Origin: Vermamoeba vermiformis | Taxonomy: Eukaryota | DNA: 64,000 bases | Direction of reading: 5' to 3' | Assembly (NCBI GenBank): GCA_045837725.1 | Contig: JBEWZL010000306.1 | Location: 186,001 to 250,000, forward strand | Shown here: positions 28,002-41,346 of the stretch, piece by piece | How positions within the stretch are numbered: the first letter of the stretch is position 1 | How the letters are laid out: the number at the start of each line of letters is the position of its first letter | Made by a program: the position numbers and the translations under genes | The notes under the pieces: model-generated | The model's input: only the letters and a program-made list of their open reading frames with translations | Told to the model about the DNA's origin: nothing | Database searches by the model: none

Positions 28002-30831
28002 TTAATTTTCAGCAGGATTTTGTTCGAACGCATTTGACGGACGTGTAGGAGATTGTAGAATGCTTTCCATTGAAATGTGTCGTGCTCGTTCAAAGAAGGC
28101 AGAGTATTGAGTGGAGTCTAAAATCTGCTCCGTTGTTGGTCTGCTAGCTGGATCTTCGCTCATGAGGTCGGTAATCAAATGCTTCAAAGCCTCGAATTCT
28201 TGTTGCGATAAGGTGCCACGGAGAGCTTCTTCACGTTTCGTGCACGTTGTATACCTAAGATTGATTAGAAACCGAGTGCTAATCCCAAGTCGACATACCG
28301 CTGCAACAGCGCCACCAGCCTATCCCGAATATAGCGCTCGCCGTTGCCTTTTTCATCGTACAACATGTCGTAGTCGGCCTCGAAATGTTCGGCGATGAGG
28401 TTCTCAACGGACTTAGAAAACAACTATGGACAGTTAGAACATTTTCAGAAAAACAGCAACAATATCTTACCCATTCGATTAGCAGCACTCCTAAGCTGTA
28501 CATTTCTGCTGCAACGCTGTACGGCTTTTTCTTGATCACGTACTCCGGTGCTCTATGTCCTTCCGTACCAAATGGAATCTCGGCTTTGACTATGAGACGA
28601 TTAATTACTGCTACATCATAGTGCCATTCAACTCGACTTACTGTCCTTGATTGGCAACGAGTGGCCAAAGTCAATCAAGTAGATGTCTGAACTTAGTAAG
28701 TTGTCTAACTTAACATCTCCGTGTACGAATCCCAATTTGTGGATGAAAAATAACGTCTGTGCATTAATAACGGTTAGTTGCTGATGGGATAATAATAGCA
28801 TAATACATGGTCTTTGGAATACTTGCACTTACTAAAATGAGTTTCTTTACGGATTCGGGATCTATTCTCCGGTCTCTGTTTTGTTCCACGAAAGGAAATA
28901 CAAGCACTTGAACTGGCCGTTGGTTGATTACCGCTAAAACAGGGTGAACGACGGTAGTCAATGGCAGTTTTTGAATTAGATTATACTCCGCCAGAGCTGC
29001 GTTCGAATCTGCCGAATACAACTTCCAAGAGTTACTGAATTGCAATAGCTTCGTTCGGCGACTTACCTTTGCAAAGTATCTACAACCGCAGTCATCGAGA
29101 AGCTCACGATAGTTCCTATATTGACGAATCACTTTCAAACTTCGACTTTTGAGACTGAAATGATTAGGATGAATACTCATTTGATCAGCGTTGGTCAACT
29201 GTTGGCTGGCTTCAGTTGTTGAATCGAGTAGATTGTCGTGTTGATAATTTACTTTGAGCGTGTCTTCCTGAGCTCCCTTCTCGTAGGTCTCTAAGGACTC
29301 GACGAGCTCCGCCGTTGCCTTTATCATCTTGATTCTAAGTGCCATTAATAACAATAAAATCCACTTGAAGTTGTTGTACGTGTAAGTGAGTGTGAAAACA
29401 TTTTGTCCATGCTCGATCCATTGTGCAGTATAACGAACCGTGTCACCGCGAGAACACGAAAAGTCGAACAGTGTACATTGCATGCCGCTGTTAACCATGC
29501 CGTAGGAATGAAGATTAGGAAAACCAGCATTCATGGACTCTTCTACTGATGATCGACCCATTTCCAACATCTTCATGATATCGTTGTGCTCCGTTGTGAT
29601 TATATTTCCACCATTTGCCTCCGTTACTGTGTCCCTCTGCTCGCCTGCTTGCTTCTCGCCAGCGCTCCCTCGACTTAATTCTTTTATCGTACTTTCATCC
29701 GGTGTAGCGGCTTGTGATTTGTTTCCAGTAGAAAGAGGCGTCATACTATTAATTAGACCATCTCTATGTTGCAATCGGAGGGGACTGGCAAGAAGGACGC
29801 AATTGCTGTAGTCGTTATTAATAAATAATACTTTGAGCGTGAAATCACTTGCGAGCTCCGTGTCAGCCTAGTCATAGCGCCCTCAACAAATCGATCGCAT
29901 GCAGAGTAAACATTCTTTTGCCAGTCCAATGCTGACCAGTTAGAACGATCGACAGCAGCACTAGTTTGATACATCGCATTCCATACGCCAACAATCAACT
30001 CTGGAAACTCTGGCGGCAATATATCGCGTGTTTTATGAGGGAAATTCTGCACGAAGATTTAGTTAATGAAAACTTATACATGGCAGATTACGCACTTTGA
30101 TACCGTCTATAATATTTTGAGCTAATTCAGAAAAAAGGCTTTCATGTACATTTGCTGCCTTTCGATCCGCCAACTAACGTAGATAATTAGTAACAAGTAC
30201 GTGAGATCTCTTTCTACCTTTTGCAATTGGATCAAAAACAAGTAAAGCTCCACATGATCGGCAAGCTCTTCTTCAATAAAATTGACTAGCTGTTTAGTGC
30301 TCGGGAAGATACTCCAGTGGATCAGATGCCGCATTGTATCGGTCAATTTAGAATCGATTGGCTCTTCGGGCAATTTACTAATCATAGAAAATTGAGTTGG
30401 GTTGCGGCAAAGAGCAGAATGGTACGTACATCGAATAGGGACTCTCGGTGTTAATTGAATGGTGCAAGTAAGCCTTCCAGCTAGCTGGGAGTACCTCAAA
30501 ACTCTCCTTTCTTAAATTATACGCCGCAGTTAGCCGTGCTGTCTCAGAACTGTCCGAAGGAACTGAATAACATTATTATGATATTTATTTGAGCAATATT
30601 CTGAAACTTACAGTATGTTCCAACATGTCGTTCTTCTGAGCTGCCTAATTGATTCCGTAATTATTTTTAAATAAAATTAAAAAACCAAAAAATAGTCAAT
30701 AATGGCGACAAAGAACGATTGTCATTTTCTACACCGCCTAATTTTCAGTATTATTTAAAGTATCAGTATTTACTTATCAATCGTCGTTTCTTCGTTCGCT
30801 GAGGCTCTTCAGCCCGCACTTTTCGCTTCAT
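28002..30831 (-). CDS. Divergent protein kinase (HGD, non-RD) preceded by a possible degenerate PD-(D/E)XK-like domain; Crinkler-like layout
   Basis: FAKV..AEY..IHKLGFVHGDVKLDNLL..LIDFG..GTEGHRAPE..MYSLGVLL..DPASRPT; start MKRKVRAEEPQRTKKRRL is NLS-like. Confidence 0.75.
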
Positions 30832-30976
30832 TTTTGTGGTCCAGCAAACAAGCCATTCTACTATAAAGCTCGAATATTTATTCTAAAGAGTGCCCAGTGT
30901 TCGACATCAGCTGCTCCGTGGAATAATTAAAAGGCATCGTGCGAAAAAAGCGCTTTCAATTTTACGTGGCGCGAGA

Positions 30977-32842
30977 ATGCAAACAACAGAACAAGAGCTT
31001 CTTAAGGAGATTGCTCGTGTAGCTGGATTAATAAATCGTAAGAAACAAGAACAAGCACAACCTAGACCTGCAGCTGCCGCTACAAGCGCGCATCCGGCAA
31101 CAAGCTCGTACTCGAAGACTTTTACACAACAACCTCCAAAAAATGCCGCAATACCGCCAAAGCTAGTCAAGAATATGACATATGTACGGCCTGGGGCGCA
31201 GCCACCGCCAAGTCAAAGTGCCAAAACAAATCCACCCACAAACGCACCAAAAATCCCAGAGAATATTTCTAATGCTAATACTACCTCTACAAATGATGTT
31301 AAGAGCAATAGTAAGTCATTTGAATTTTTCCTCTGCTTTCTTAATTATTAAATAATTATTACGCGTGTCAGATCCGAACCAAGTAACACCAATACTGAAA
31401 TACTCCAAGGTCTTAACAACAGGTAATATATTATTTATTTATCTTTTAGAACATTCGTCTAAAGCCCATTAATACAGCCACGAAACCGGTTTCAAAGTAC
31501 CAAATAATGCTGCAGAACATTCGCAAGGCGAGGGTAATAAACTAAATTTTCATAATTGCAATATTTTGTTCTAATTTTTATCGTAGATGAAACAAATGAA
31601 AGCGCAAATAGCAAGGTAAGTCATTGTTGTCTCGCACTTTTTTGTATTATTGCTGACCCTGTTCAGACGCGCACCATCAATGAGTCTCGTCATCAAAGAC
31701 GGCGTTGCGTACAAAAAGAGCGGCAACAAATTAATGCGAGTCGATGACAAGGCTACGAACAATACCAATACTACTACCAACAATAACATTGCTCAACCAA
31801 CTATTGCTAAGAAACCTTCCTGGCGACGCAATTCTTTGAAAGGTACCCCGTATATTAATATTAAAGTATTTTACAATATTTATGACAATTGCTAGGCTTA
31901 TTAAATATCGGAGACAACAGCTACAAGAAAACACGAACAAAACTGGTTAGAGTCGTAGACAACTGTACGACAAAGTTTAATATATGACTTACATGGTCTA
32001 ATATTAACACCCTTTTCTTATATAGCAAACGAAGAGAAGAAACAAAGCTTGAAGAACACGTTAAAAAGTCCGTTGAAAAGCCCAGCACGAAAAAGACTGT
32101 CTCTCGGCAGCAATGATTACGCGAGCAAAAGAACTTCATTGAGATTACTAAGGTATGAACTAGGACAATAGATTAATATACCCTAGTTGTGTTATTGATC
32201 GTAACCTACGGCAGGCCGAAAAAGAAGTCAAAACAACTCTGCTTGTTCTATACCAAATTTGGTAAGTTACCTTAAAGATCTTGGGCCAATTTACAATGAG
32301 TAACAATGCATACACGTGTGCCAGGCAAGTGCAATCAAGGTGACAAGTGCCCGTTTGTGCATGACCCAGAGAAAGTGGCGACGTGCCGTAACTTCTTGAA
32401 GGGCAAATGCAACGATCCAAACTGTCTTCTGCGCCACAAAATTGACCGCGATCAGATGCCAGTGTGCTATCACTTTTTGAAAGGCAATTGCACCAACGAG
32501 AACTGTCCCTACTCGCACGTCAAAGTCAATCGCAATGCCGAAGTGTGTCCTGACTTCTTGAAGGGCTATTGCCCTCGCGGCAGTAGCTGCAAGTTGAAGC
32601 ACACTGACATTTGCGAAGAATTTCTCGAGGCAGGCACGTGCAAGAACGGCGACAAGTGCAAACTGAGACACGTCAAGAAGAAGAAAAGAAAGGCCGATGA
32701 GATCTCCAATGACGAGCCAGAAGTGTACTATGTCGCTGACAGTGATGAAGAGGTCGAGGATAACAACAACAACAATAACAAGGAAAAGAATAGTGACCAC
32801 AATGAGCGGCCATTGAAGCGCATCCGACCCAACTTCGAGTGA
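30977..32842 (+). CDS. CCCH zinc-finger protein, ZC3H3/Red5-like
   Basis: N-terminal EQELLKEIARVAGLIN; tandem C-x7/8-C-x4/5-C-x3-H fingers (CNQGDKCPFVHDPEKVATCRNFLKGKC..MPVCYHFLKGNC..CPDFLKGYCPRG). Confidence 0.85.
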
Positions 32843-33135
32843 GACTGGATATTGGTTGTAATGCCATTCTTCATGTTCAATGCACGTCCATTTGAACGAG
32901 CGCTTAGAACTACCGTTCAATCTACGTTTGGGTTGGATCCAAAACAAAGGTACGCAAAATAATTTCTTTTAGCTATGAAAGTTCGATTACCAGAAGCAGA
33001 GCCGTATTGCGTTCCATTAATTTGTTGAGTTTGAAAAATAAAAATAGATTCAATTCAGCGAACCCAAAAATAGATTTTTGAATTTTGATGCCGCGTCCTT
33101 TAGTTCATTTAAATCAATCAATAATAATACAAGCA

Positions 33136-34784
33136 TGGAAAAAAACGCTAGAAGTTCATCCGTTATGCAAGTTGGACGTAATATCCTCGTTCTCGATGGC
33201 GATAATTCACACGATTGGGTAAGATTAACTTTAATGAACGATTCAATTTCAAAAATAATTACTTTTGAATTATTGTTCGTATTTTGACGCTAACAGCACG
33301 CCCTTCTATTTTAATGCACTAATGTATTTTTTCTGATTTTTTCTGCGTTCATCCAGGTTGAAATGTTTGCCGGCAAAACAACTGCAGATGGCCGCTCGAT
33401 TAGAGTAGTGCAAGCGAGCTGGATGGAAACTAATTGTAACTTCTATGATGGCAGCGGCTGCTACGTGAATTGCGCCCCTTTCAGAGAATCGTTGGGCGAA
33501 GTTAAACGACCTCAAACGCTGACCTTCAAGCCTGGTGAGTTGAAAATCATATTTTAGGTAGTTAATTAATATTTATACGCAGATTTTGTTATTGTGAGAA
33601 ACCAGGTAAGCGCCATCTTTTTTCAATCTGAAACTGCCCGACTGATCGGTTTTATTGCAGCCAAGAGGACCAACTCCAGTGCAAGATCGAAGAAACACAT
33701 TATATGGATTGATGGTTGCCAACGTAAGGCATAAATACTCTTTGGTGATGTTGTCTTAACACCACTCACAGATCCCGTCCGTCAACTCGTTGCACAGCAT
33801 CTACTTAAACTTAGAACGACCTTGTATGTACGCACAAATGAGAACCATTCAAGATCGTGTCGGTCGAGAGAAGTTCCCGCTAGTGCCGTTGAACTTTTAT
33901 TCCAATCCCGAGAGCATGGTTATCAACGAGAAATTCCCGACCGTAGTCAAGGTAAATAGCTCCACTATGCTTAAATATTGAAGCAATGCCTTTAATCATA
34001 TACATCTACCTTCAGGTCAGTCATGCTCACAGAGGAATGGGCAAAATGTTGGTCGTAAGTATAACCCCGACAAGATGATTGGCATTTAGTCGCACGCACG
34101 AGCACACTTGTCTAACTCTATCTATAGCACGATAACGAAGAATTCCGCGATGTGGCCACCATTCTTGCCTTGCACGACGACTACGCGACTGCTGAGGTAA
34201 GTAGAAACGTCTCACGACAAAAAGTCCTGCTAATAACGTCTTCTGAAGCCCTATATTCCCACCGAATATGGTATTCGTGTGCAAAAGATCGGCAACCATT
34301 ATAGAGTGTTGAAGAAGGTTCACACTGGCTCTGGTTGGAAGTCCCACTTTGGTGGAGCAGATCTGCAAGAAATCGAGTTGAACGATACTTACAAGTTATG
34401 GGTCGACGAGTGCGCCAAGCTCTTTGGTGGTCTCGACATGCTTGCAGTCGATGCCGTATTCGGAAAAGACGGTACGCTGTTCAGGACACAATAATGACGT
34501 GCTAATCTCCGCCTCCAGGCAAGTATTACATTCTTGAATTGAACGACACTGCGATTGGATTCTTGCCAAATCGATGGAAGGAAGACACAGAGCACGTTAT
34601 AGAGCTCGTCATGCAAAAGATGAACGAGATCTACTGCTCGGGAATGGAAGCCCAACCGAACACCGAACAGAAGCCTGTAGAGTCACCCAAACCAGCACAC
34701 CACGCTGAAACTAAGGAAACTAAAGAAGGCAAGAAAGATAAAGATAAGAAGAAGGACAAGAAAGAGAAGGAGAAGAAAAAATAA
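33136..34784 (+). CDS. Synapsin-like ATP-grasp protein
   Basis: ILVLDGDNSHDW..FKPDFVIVRNQ..IPSVNSLHSIY..FPTVVKVSHAHRGMGKM..ATAEPYI..IRVQKIG..YKLWVDECAKLFGGLDMLAV..YILELNDTA corresponds to the synapsin C domain. Confidence 0.9.
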
Positions 34785-35022
34785 AGCTGATCCGCGTTTT
34801 ACGGCCATGTGATTTCTTCTTTGAATGCGTAACGCATTAAATTTATGTACTTACGACGTTGACACTAGAGAAGCCACGGGAAACGAGCGGTACATTCGGA
34901 TCGAGTGGATCAAAGGTCCCAAAGGTAGACCGGATTCGTGAAACGAGTTTGGTTTTTTTATTACAACGATATTAACAAGCTAAAAGGTTACAAAAGAGAC
35001 TAAAGTCTATTCGCGATAGATC

Positions 35023-35760
35023 TTAAGCGTATTCGAGGTACCATTGTTGGTTCAAGCCGCCGTGACGGTTCCAAGCGCAAGTCTTAGCACCAGGAGAGCT
35101 GTTGTTGCCAGCAATATCGACGACCTTGCCGGTGCCAGAGTTGACCAAGCAAGTGCCATCGAAGCGGAAGCGTTGGTTACCTCCACCGTGGTAAGGCCAG
35201 ACAATCAAATCTGTGCCGTTTTGACCGGAGATGTCCAAAACCAAGCCAGAGGCAACTGACTCGAGGGATTCACCCTTCCATCTCCACAATTGGTTAGCGG
35301 CATCACCACCGTACTTCTTGTTCCAAGTAATAATACGAGTACCTACAAAGAGCGTCGGGTTATTACTTGTCCAATCAGATTTCGTAAAAATAGGAAAATA
35401 GCATAAAATTCAACAAAAATAAGAAATCAATGCGTACCTTGGTTTCGGCTACCACCTTCGACGTCCAAAACAAGACCGTTCATTCTAGAAACGATGTAGA
35501 AAGCTCCGCCATTGTTAACCATAGGAGCACCAACGTTGAAGACAACTTGGGGTTGAGGGGGAGGAACGTAGGCAGGAGTACCAAAGTTAACAACAAAGGA
35601 ACCTTGCATTCCAGGTTGTTGAGGAGGGGGAGTGGTGTAAGCTTAAATTGATTTTACGAGTCAGATTTGAAGACAGAAATTACGTTAATCAAGCTTGACA
35701 CTTACAGGAAGTGGTGTAGGTGGTTTGAGTGTAACCGGGGTAGGGATTGTAAGGATTCAT
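35023..35760 (-). CDS. Ricin-B (QxW) beta-trefoil lectin with a Pro/Tyr-rich N-terminus and no signal peptide
   Basis: GLVLDVEGG..NQLW..GLVLDISG..NQRF..VVDIAG..NQQW repeats. Confidence 0.9.
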
Positions 35761-36156
35761 GTTGCTTTGTGTATTTTACTGTGATGAACAAGAATAAAAA
35801 GAAAACTCGTATTTATTTTTGGCTTCGTCAATTTTCACGACTGGTCTAACTTCGGTCCCAATGGTCCTATTTACTTGCCCCTCGATATTTTTGGGAATAT
35901 AGGAAAGTATCTTTAGCTTGTGGAGTAGAAACATGAACGTAAAATGTCCCTGTGAGCCAAGCCAGGGTTTGTAAGTTGAATTCCGTCGTGAATCCGGTCG
36001 AGTACTCGTGACTGTTATGCCTTCGTGATTAAATAAATTTATTAGCATTATTGCCACATGATCATTTCAAAATCAAACTTGACGTCGCACTGTGCTAAGA
36101 TCCACTAAATAATTTTTGTGTCGCCTAGTTTATTTATTCAATTATTAGCCCCAAGC

Positions 36157-38808
36157 ATGACCACAATAGTGCAGGCATCGCCAACATATAGTCCTAGTGG
36201 CGGTAACAAATCAGGGGCATACAAGCACGAAGGATGCGAGAACAGATCGTGTCGGCTTTGTGCAACAACTCAATCAACCAAAAAGAGCATACATAGCGAT
36301 GACATTATCGATAAATATTCACCGTCGTTCGTACGGCGGAATACTCCTACAATCGCCTCTCCGGATGTTCGGTAAGAAAAATTAGAAACTTTTTGTATTT
36401 GGGCGCCAATTATTTATTTACATTAAATACCGATTTATTCGTTACGTGCACACGATCTGTTACTTTAATATTTACAAATAATTTTTTTACAGGGATGCGC
36501 AGTCAAAACGGATGTCTGCTTCCAAGCGCGTAAACAGATTTTCCTTGCCAGACAGCGATGACGAAGAGTACGTAACATATATATTTTTTATATTATGAGG
36601 TGCTAACTCCAAGCGAAAAGTTTGGACGAAATTATTCCAGATCAGCATGGCTCGTTTTTTATTCAAGACGACAGTTTATCTCTTGACGGCAATAATACAC
36701 CGCGAGGACTACGAATTTCGGGACACCAAGAGTCACCTAAAAAGAGCCCGAGTGTTAAAGCAGACGATGCAGACACTCTACATAGTGCATACGAAGCGCG
36801 CAGGGTCCGCAGCGTGCAGTCGAATGTCAACCAAAAAATGACCTCATTGATTGAAGCATTCAGTGCCATCCAATTACAAAAAGAGCGAGAGATGAAGGCG
36901 CTCTCAGAAAATGCACAACGCGAGGCACAAGAGCGAGAAATGAAACTGAAACAGGCCCAAGACAAATAGTACGTGACATTTATATGCGAATCAAATAATC
37001 GATACTGACGTGCTCAATGTAGTAAACAAGAGACAGAGGCAAGGTTACAACATGTTGAGAAGTTCAGCAATCAACAAGCACTTGTTGGTGAAAAGCGATT
37101 AGAACAATACCGCAAGATGAAACAAGACGAAGAGAATGCACGAAGGCAAAAAGAAGACGAGGAACGACGAAAAAGAGAAGAAGAAGAACGAAAACGTCGC
37201 GAAGAAGAGGAGCGGCGCAGACGCGAACAAGAAGAAGCTGAGAGACAGCGACAGGTAAGCAGTGCAAGATATCTTTTCAGCAAAGTTTGTTTTAACTTGC
37301 TCGTTGTTAGGAAGAAGAACGTCGGAGGCGAGAGGAGGAAGAACGCCAGCGACGCGAAAGAGAAGAGGCTGAGCGCAGGAGACAAGAGGAAGAGGCCCAA
37401 CGTGCTGCAGCTGCACAAACTCCAACTGCGCCCGCACCTACCCAACCAACTGCAGGGTCTAGCGGTACCCAGCCTGGAGCTGCCGTGCCCGCAGCCCAGG
37501 GAGCTGTAAGTAGCGCCTAATAGGCAAAGAACTAGTTTTGACCATCTTCTAGGCGGCGGATCAAGTCTCACCGCAAGCCAAGTTAGAGTACGATCAAAAG
37601 CTCGAGAACTTGAAGAGAGTCGCTGATTTAATTGCACCGATGGAGAATCATCCGCGCAAGCGAGATATGTTCCGTATCGTCAACACAGGAGTCAACCAGA
37701 TCAGTGCAAGCCGCGCTCAAGTACTACAGAAGATCACTGATTTTACGAGAATTCTTACCGAGTCGAAGGCGGATGATGTAGTCCACAACTACACGCTCCA
37801 CCTGTTTGCACAGAAGTTTTTGGTAAGCTTCACCGCCTTATTTATGGTCTTTACGTTGGGCATCCGAAAATTTGAAAACGGCGGATATGCAAATGTGTTG
37901 GTGCCCGAGTGGTTTAAGGGGTCACGTTTAGGCCGTGATGTCGCAAGACGCGTGGGTTCAAACCCCACCCAACACAATATCTTTTTTTATTTTTTACTGC
38001 TCGACTCACTCTTTTCTGCTGTAGGAACAAGCCGATATCGTAGTCTCTCGTAAACCCGAGTCTGCTTTTGCTGTAGCGATGGTCGCCGTTAATGTTGCCA
38101 AATCACATCCGGCTTTGATGGATTTGTTCATCGGCCAATTATACAATGCATGCCCGTACGCTGTTCCCTACTATTTACCAAGGTAAGTTAGAAGCTATTG
38201 CACTTATTAAGTGAACCATTTTTAATGTATTTCAGACCACAAGGAATGTCGGATCAAGACTACGCGCTTACCGTACTGAAGTACAAAAAGAAGACTAACA
38301 ACCCCGAAGGAAGAGAAACACTCGAAGAATATTACGAGAGAATGTCGGGAATAATTTATTTGTACAGTGCTATGATGGTAACGCCCGTTACTGATGGTAC
38401 GCAAGATCTGGTTTGTTGTTGTATTGAGAGACTAACCAAGTTATTGTAGGCAAACACCCACATGGTATTGATCACGCGTGGAAGTGGCTCGCACGAATTT
38501 TGAACTTAAAGCCTCGTCGCATCACTCCTGTATTGTTATTAGCGTTCTTAGAGGTGCGTGACACTCGTGGATCCAATCACTTTTTCGTTCGATTACTAAT
38601 CTTTGCGGTTATTTAGCACACTGCTTATTTCTTAGCAGCCAAGTACGGCCGGCAATTTTCCAAATTATTGCTGTTTATACGTGACGATTACTTGCAACGC
38701 TTACCGGCCAACACCACTGCTGCAAAAACTCGTCTCGAACTGTTCTTAGGTGACTGGCAACAAAACGGCGGTCGATTCAGCGAACCTAACGGCTACAGAT
38801 ATGAATAG
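36157..38808 (+). CDS. GLE1: mRNA export factor GLE1
   Basis: Charged coiled coil, then VNQIS..CPYAVPY..ETLEEYYERMSGIIYLYSA..HPHGIDHAWKWLARILN..AAKYGRQFSKLL. Confidence 0.9.
37895..37976 (+). tRNA. tRNA-Leu(TAG), inside a GLE1 intron on the same strand
   Basis: Acceptor stem GTGTTGG/CCAACAC+A; anticodon arm TCACG-TTTAGGC-CGTGA; long variable arm; T arm GTGGG-TTCAAAC-CCCAC; oligo-T just downstream. Confidence 0.95.
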
Positions 38809-39245
38809 AGAGCTGAAATATCGATCGAATAAGTGCCTTTGTGAATATTATGTGGAACTATCAATGTAAATAAAAATTGTATTATACCGTGCGTAAACAT
38901 CAACAAGATAATGGTTAGTAATTATTCATTAAAAAAACATTATTATTACTATTAGTACGGGGACCCGTGTGTGATCCAGCATTTCTATTTAAAAAATTGA
39001 TTTGTTTTATATATGGCGTATATATTAATTAAGCATATTCTATTGATGATTAATATATAGCATATACGTTATTGTATACAATAATAGCTGTTTATACCAA
39101 ATTGTTTGGTTGTAGTGGTTAGTATACTCGATGCTAATTATCGGTACTTACGACACAGTGTTAGTTTTAATATTGTCTGAAGTTTATTTACATTAGTTTC
39201 GCCACGTACGCTCGAGCCAGACGCGGATGTAGTGTCAACTGGGAT

Positions 39246-40077
39246 TCACGCGATAATACAATCCTTGCCATTGCTTTGCTTCTTGTATTTCAGCAAATAT
39301 TTGAGTTGAGTTGTATTAAGTGCGCCCTTTCTTCGCTTGCGAATAAATTCGATTGCTTCCAAAGGGGAGACGCCCGCTTGGATGAGAGCAATCCCGACCT
39401 GAAAAAAAAAATTCGGATCAGGCTCCGGTTTCAAATAAAAACGTCATTACATTGAGTTATTAATTTAATAATAACGGTGAAAATTAATTATAATTGTACT
39501 GGTGTTATAATGCAAGTTTTGCATCAGATTTATGCATCTTTCGGAAATATTTCAGCTAACGCGTCAAAATTAATAATTAATTAATGCAAAAAGCTCATAT
39601 TATTAAAACGCTAATATCTAGCAAGAATTGATATTAAAAAAGAGCAGGAAATGAATACTTACCAAGACAGGAGCGCGTCCTAATCCTGCTACGCAGTGAA
39701 GGGCAATGGTCTTGCCTTCAGCAGGTGATTCCACAAATGAATCGTGCAAAATTTTAAGCCATTTAGTAAGAACAGCTTTGGGAGGTCCAGATCCATCAGG
39801 AAAATTAAATTCCTATCCAAAAGAAAAAATTGAGATGAGCAACCGACCATTTCTAAAATATTATGAAATTGTGGTAATAACTTACATGAACTGTTATTCC
39901 TTCGCGTTGTAATATTTCTGCGTTGTAAGAGGGCTCACAAGCTCGGATTACAGTCTGGACATTGTTTGCTTTCAAAAGTTTGATATAATCTGGCATAATC
40001 GAGTCACTTGGCACTTTCGTTATCAAAAATCTGTAGGGCGGATATTCGATGATGGATTCTTCCAAAAAAGAGGCCAT
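39246..40077 (-). CDS. PTP4A: PRL/PTP4A protein tyrosine phosphatase
   Basis: RFLIT..VIRACEPSY..FPDG..IALHCVAGLGRAPVLV..AIEFIRKRRKGALN; CAAX box CIIA. Confidence 0.93.
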
Positions 40078-40718
40078 TTCTTCGTTTTCGGTCGATGTGG
40101 ATTGGGTGAGATTTGAAGAGGAAAAATAAATAATACTAATTATACAATAAATATACGCGAAGAAGAACCAAGGACTACGCAGACAAATAGATCAGAAGTT
40201 CTATCCCATCTACGTAAAGGGATGTGTGTTATTCAGTGTACAAAGTTAGGATAAATAAAAAACGTGGTGCTGATCGGGAAATTTTCATCGGGAACGCGAA
40301 AAGAACAAACAAAAACACGGAAAAAAATAAAGACAGCACTGCGTCGTGAATTCCAGAAGGATCTTACTGATATCTCTAACGGAAGGGATTAGTTCTGACC
40401 AATTTCCTGGCCCAGATCGATCTCGAGTGAATTGCAATCCTGGCTTCACTCTGACAACACTTTAATCGCTAACTCTAATTATATTTATTAGAGATGGACT
40501 TTAACTGAGCACCACTTCTGTTGTAAAACTTGGTTGGAACGAAAGATCTGGAATTCTGGGCTTCGGGGGAAATTATCCTCGTCGGTGCATATTTTTTCGC
40601 TCTGATTGACCCGAGTTGCGTGCAATTAATTTTTTTCTTCGCTAAAGATTCTGTTAGCAACGAATGAAAAAGATGAGTTAAATCCGTTCTCTTCACTGAA
40701 ACGAAGAGACGCACAAGT

Positions 40719-41346
40719 TTATTGCTGAATTTGCAGCGCGATACGTAGCGTCTCTTTAATTACAAGACGAAAGCGAATTCTGTAAGTTACACAGTAAACA
40801 GCAAAAACCAGCAGTCGCATCCACGAATACGCGATAGCAAGTTTGATAGAGATGTTATTGCTATGAAAACTGTTGTAACGAAATGTCATGACCATGGTAC
40901 CCGCAAACATCAAACCTAAAGCCATCGAGCAAACGAACCATTTGACGTAAGCTTCTATGATTGTTCTCCATCTAATAAATACTGCTGCGTAGGCCACGGC
41001 TTGAAAGAGTCCTCCAAATATGATGAACAATGCTAATCTTTGGCTTGTGGGAGCGGATAGAAAAAATATTCCAAATGCGTATTCATCCAAGTGAAATTTG
41101 TAATAACCAACTACGTGATCTGTTGCGATGGAGGCTATAAAAAGTGCTGTTGTGGATAATAGCACCACCAACGTGGTTATGGTGGCAACAATTAAAGACT
41201 TGCTGTTCGTGCGCTGTAACGACGCTATTAGTCATCATCGCGGAAATTTCAGTGAAAACTCCACGATACGAAAACTCGAACAACATCAATAACCCAATAG
41301 CAATATGACAACAAATAATTAATAATATATAGAATGACCTAGACAT
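40719..41346 (-). CDS. Multi-pass membrane hypothetical protein
   Basis: Hydrophobic ORFs 41083-41448 and 40719-41171 can be joined by a short GT-AG intron near 41230-41265. Confidence 0.5.

Noticed and set aside
37610-38053. 147-aa ORF reading through the tRNA
   Set aside because: Only the first part is a GLE1 exon; the rest is intron and tRNA sequence.
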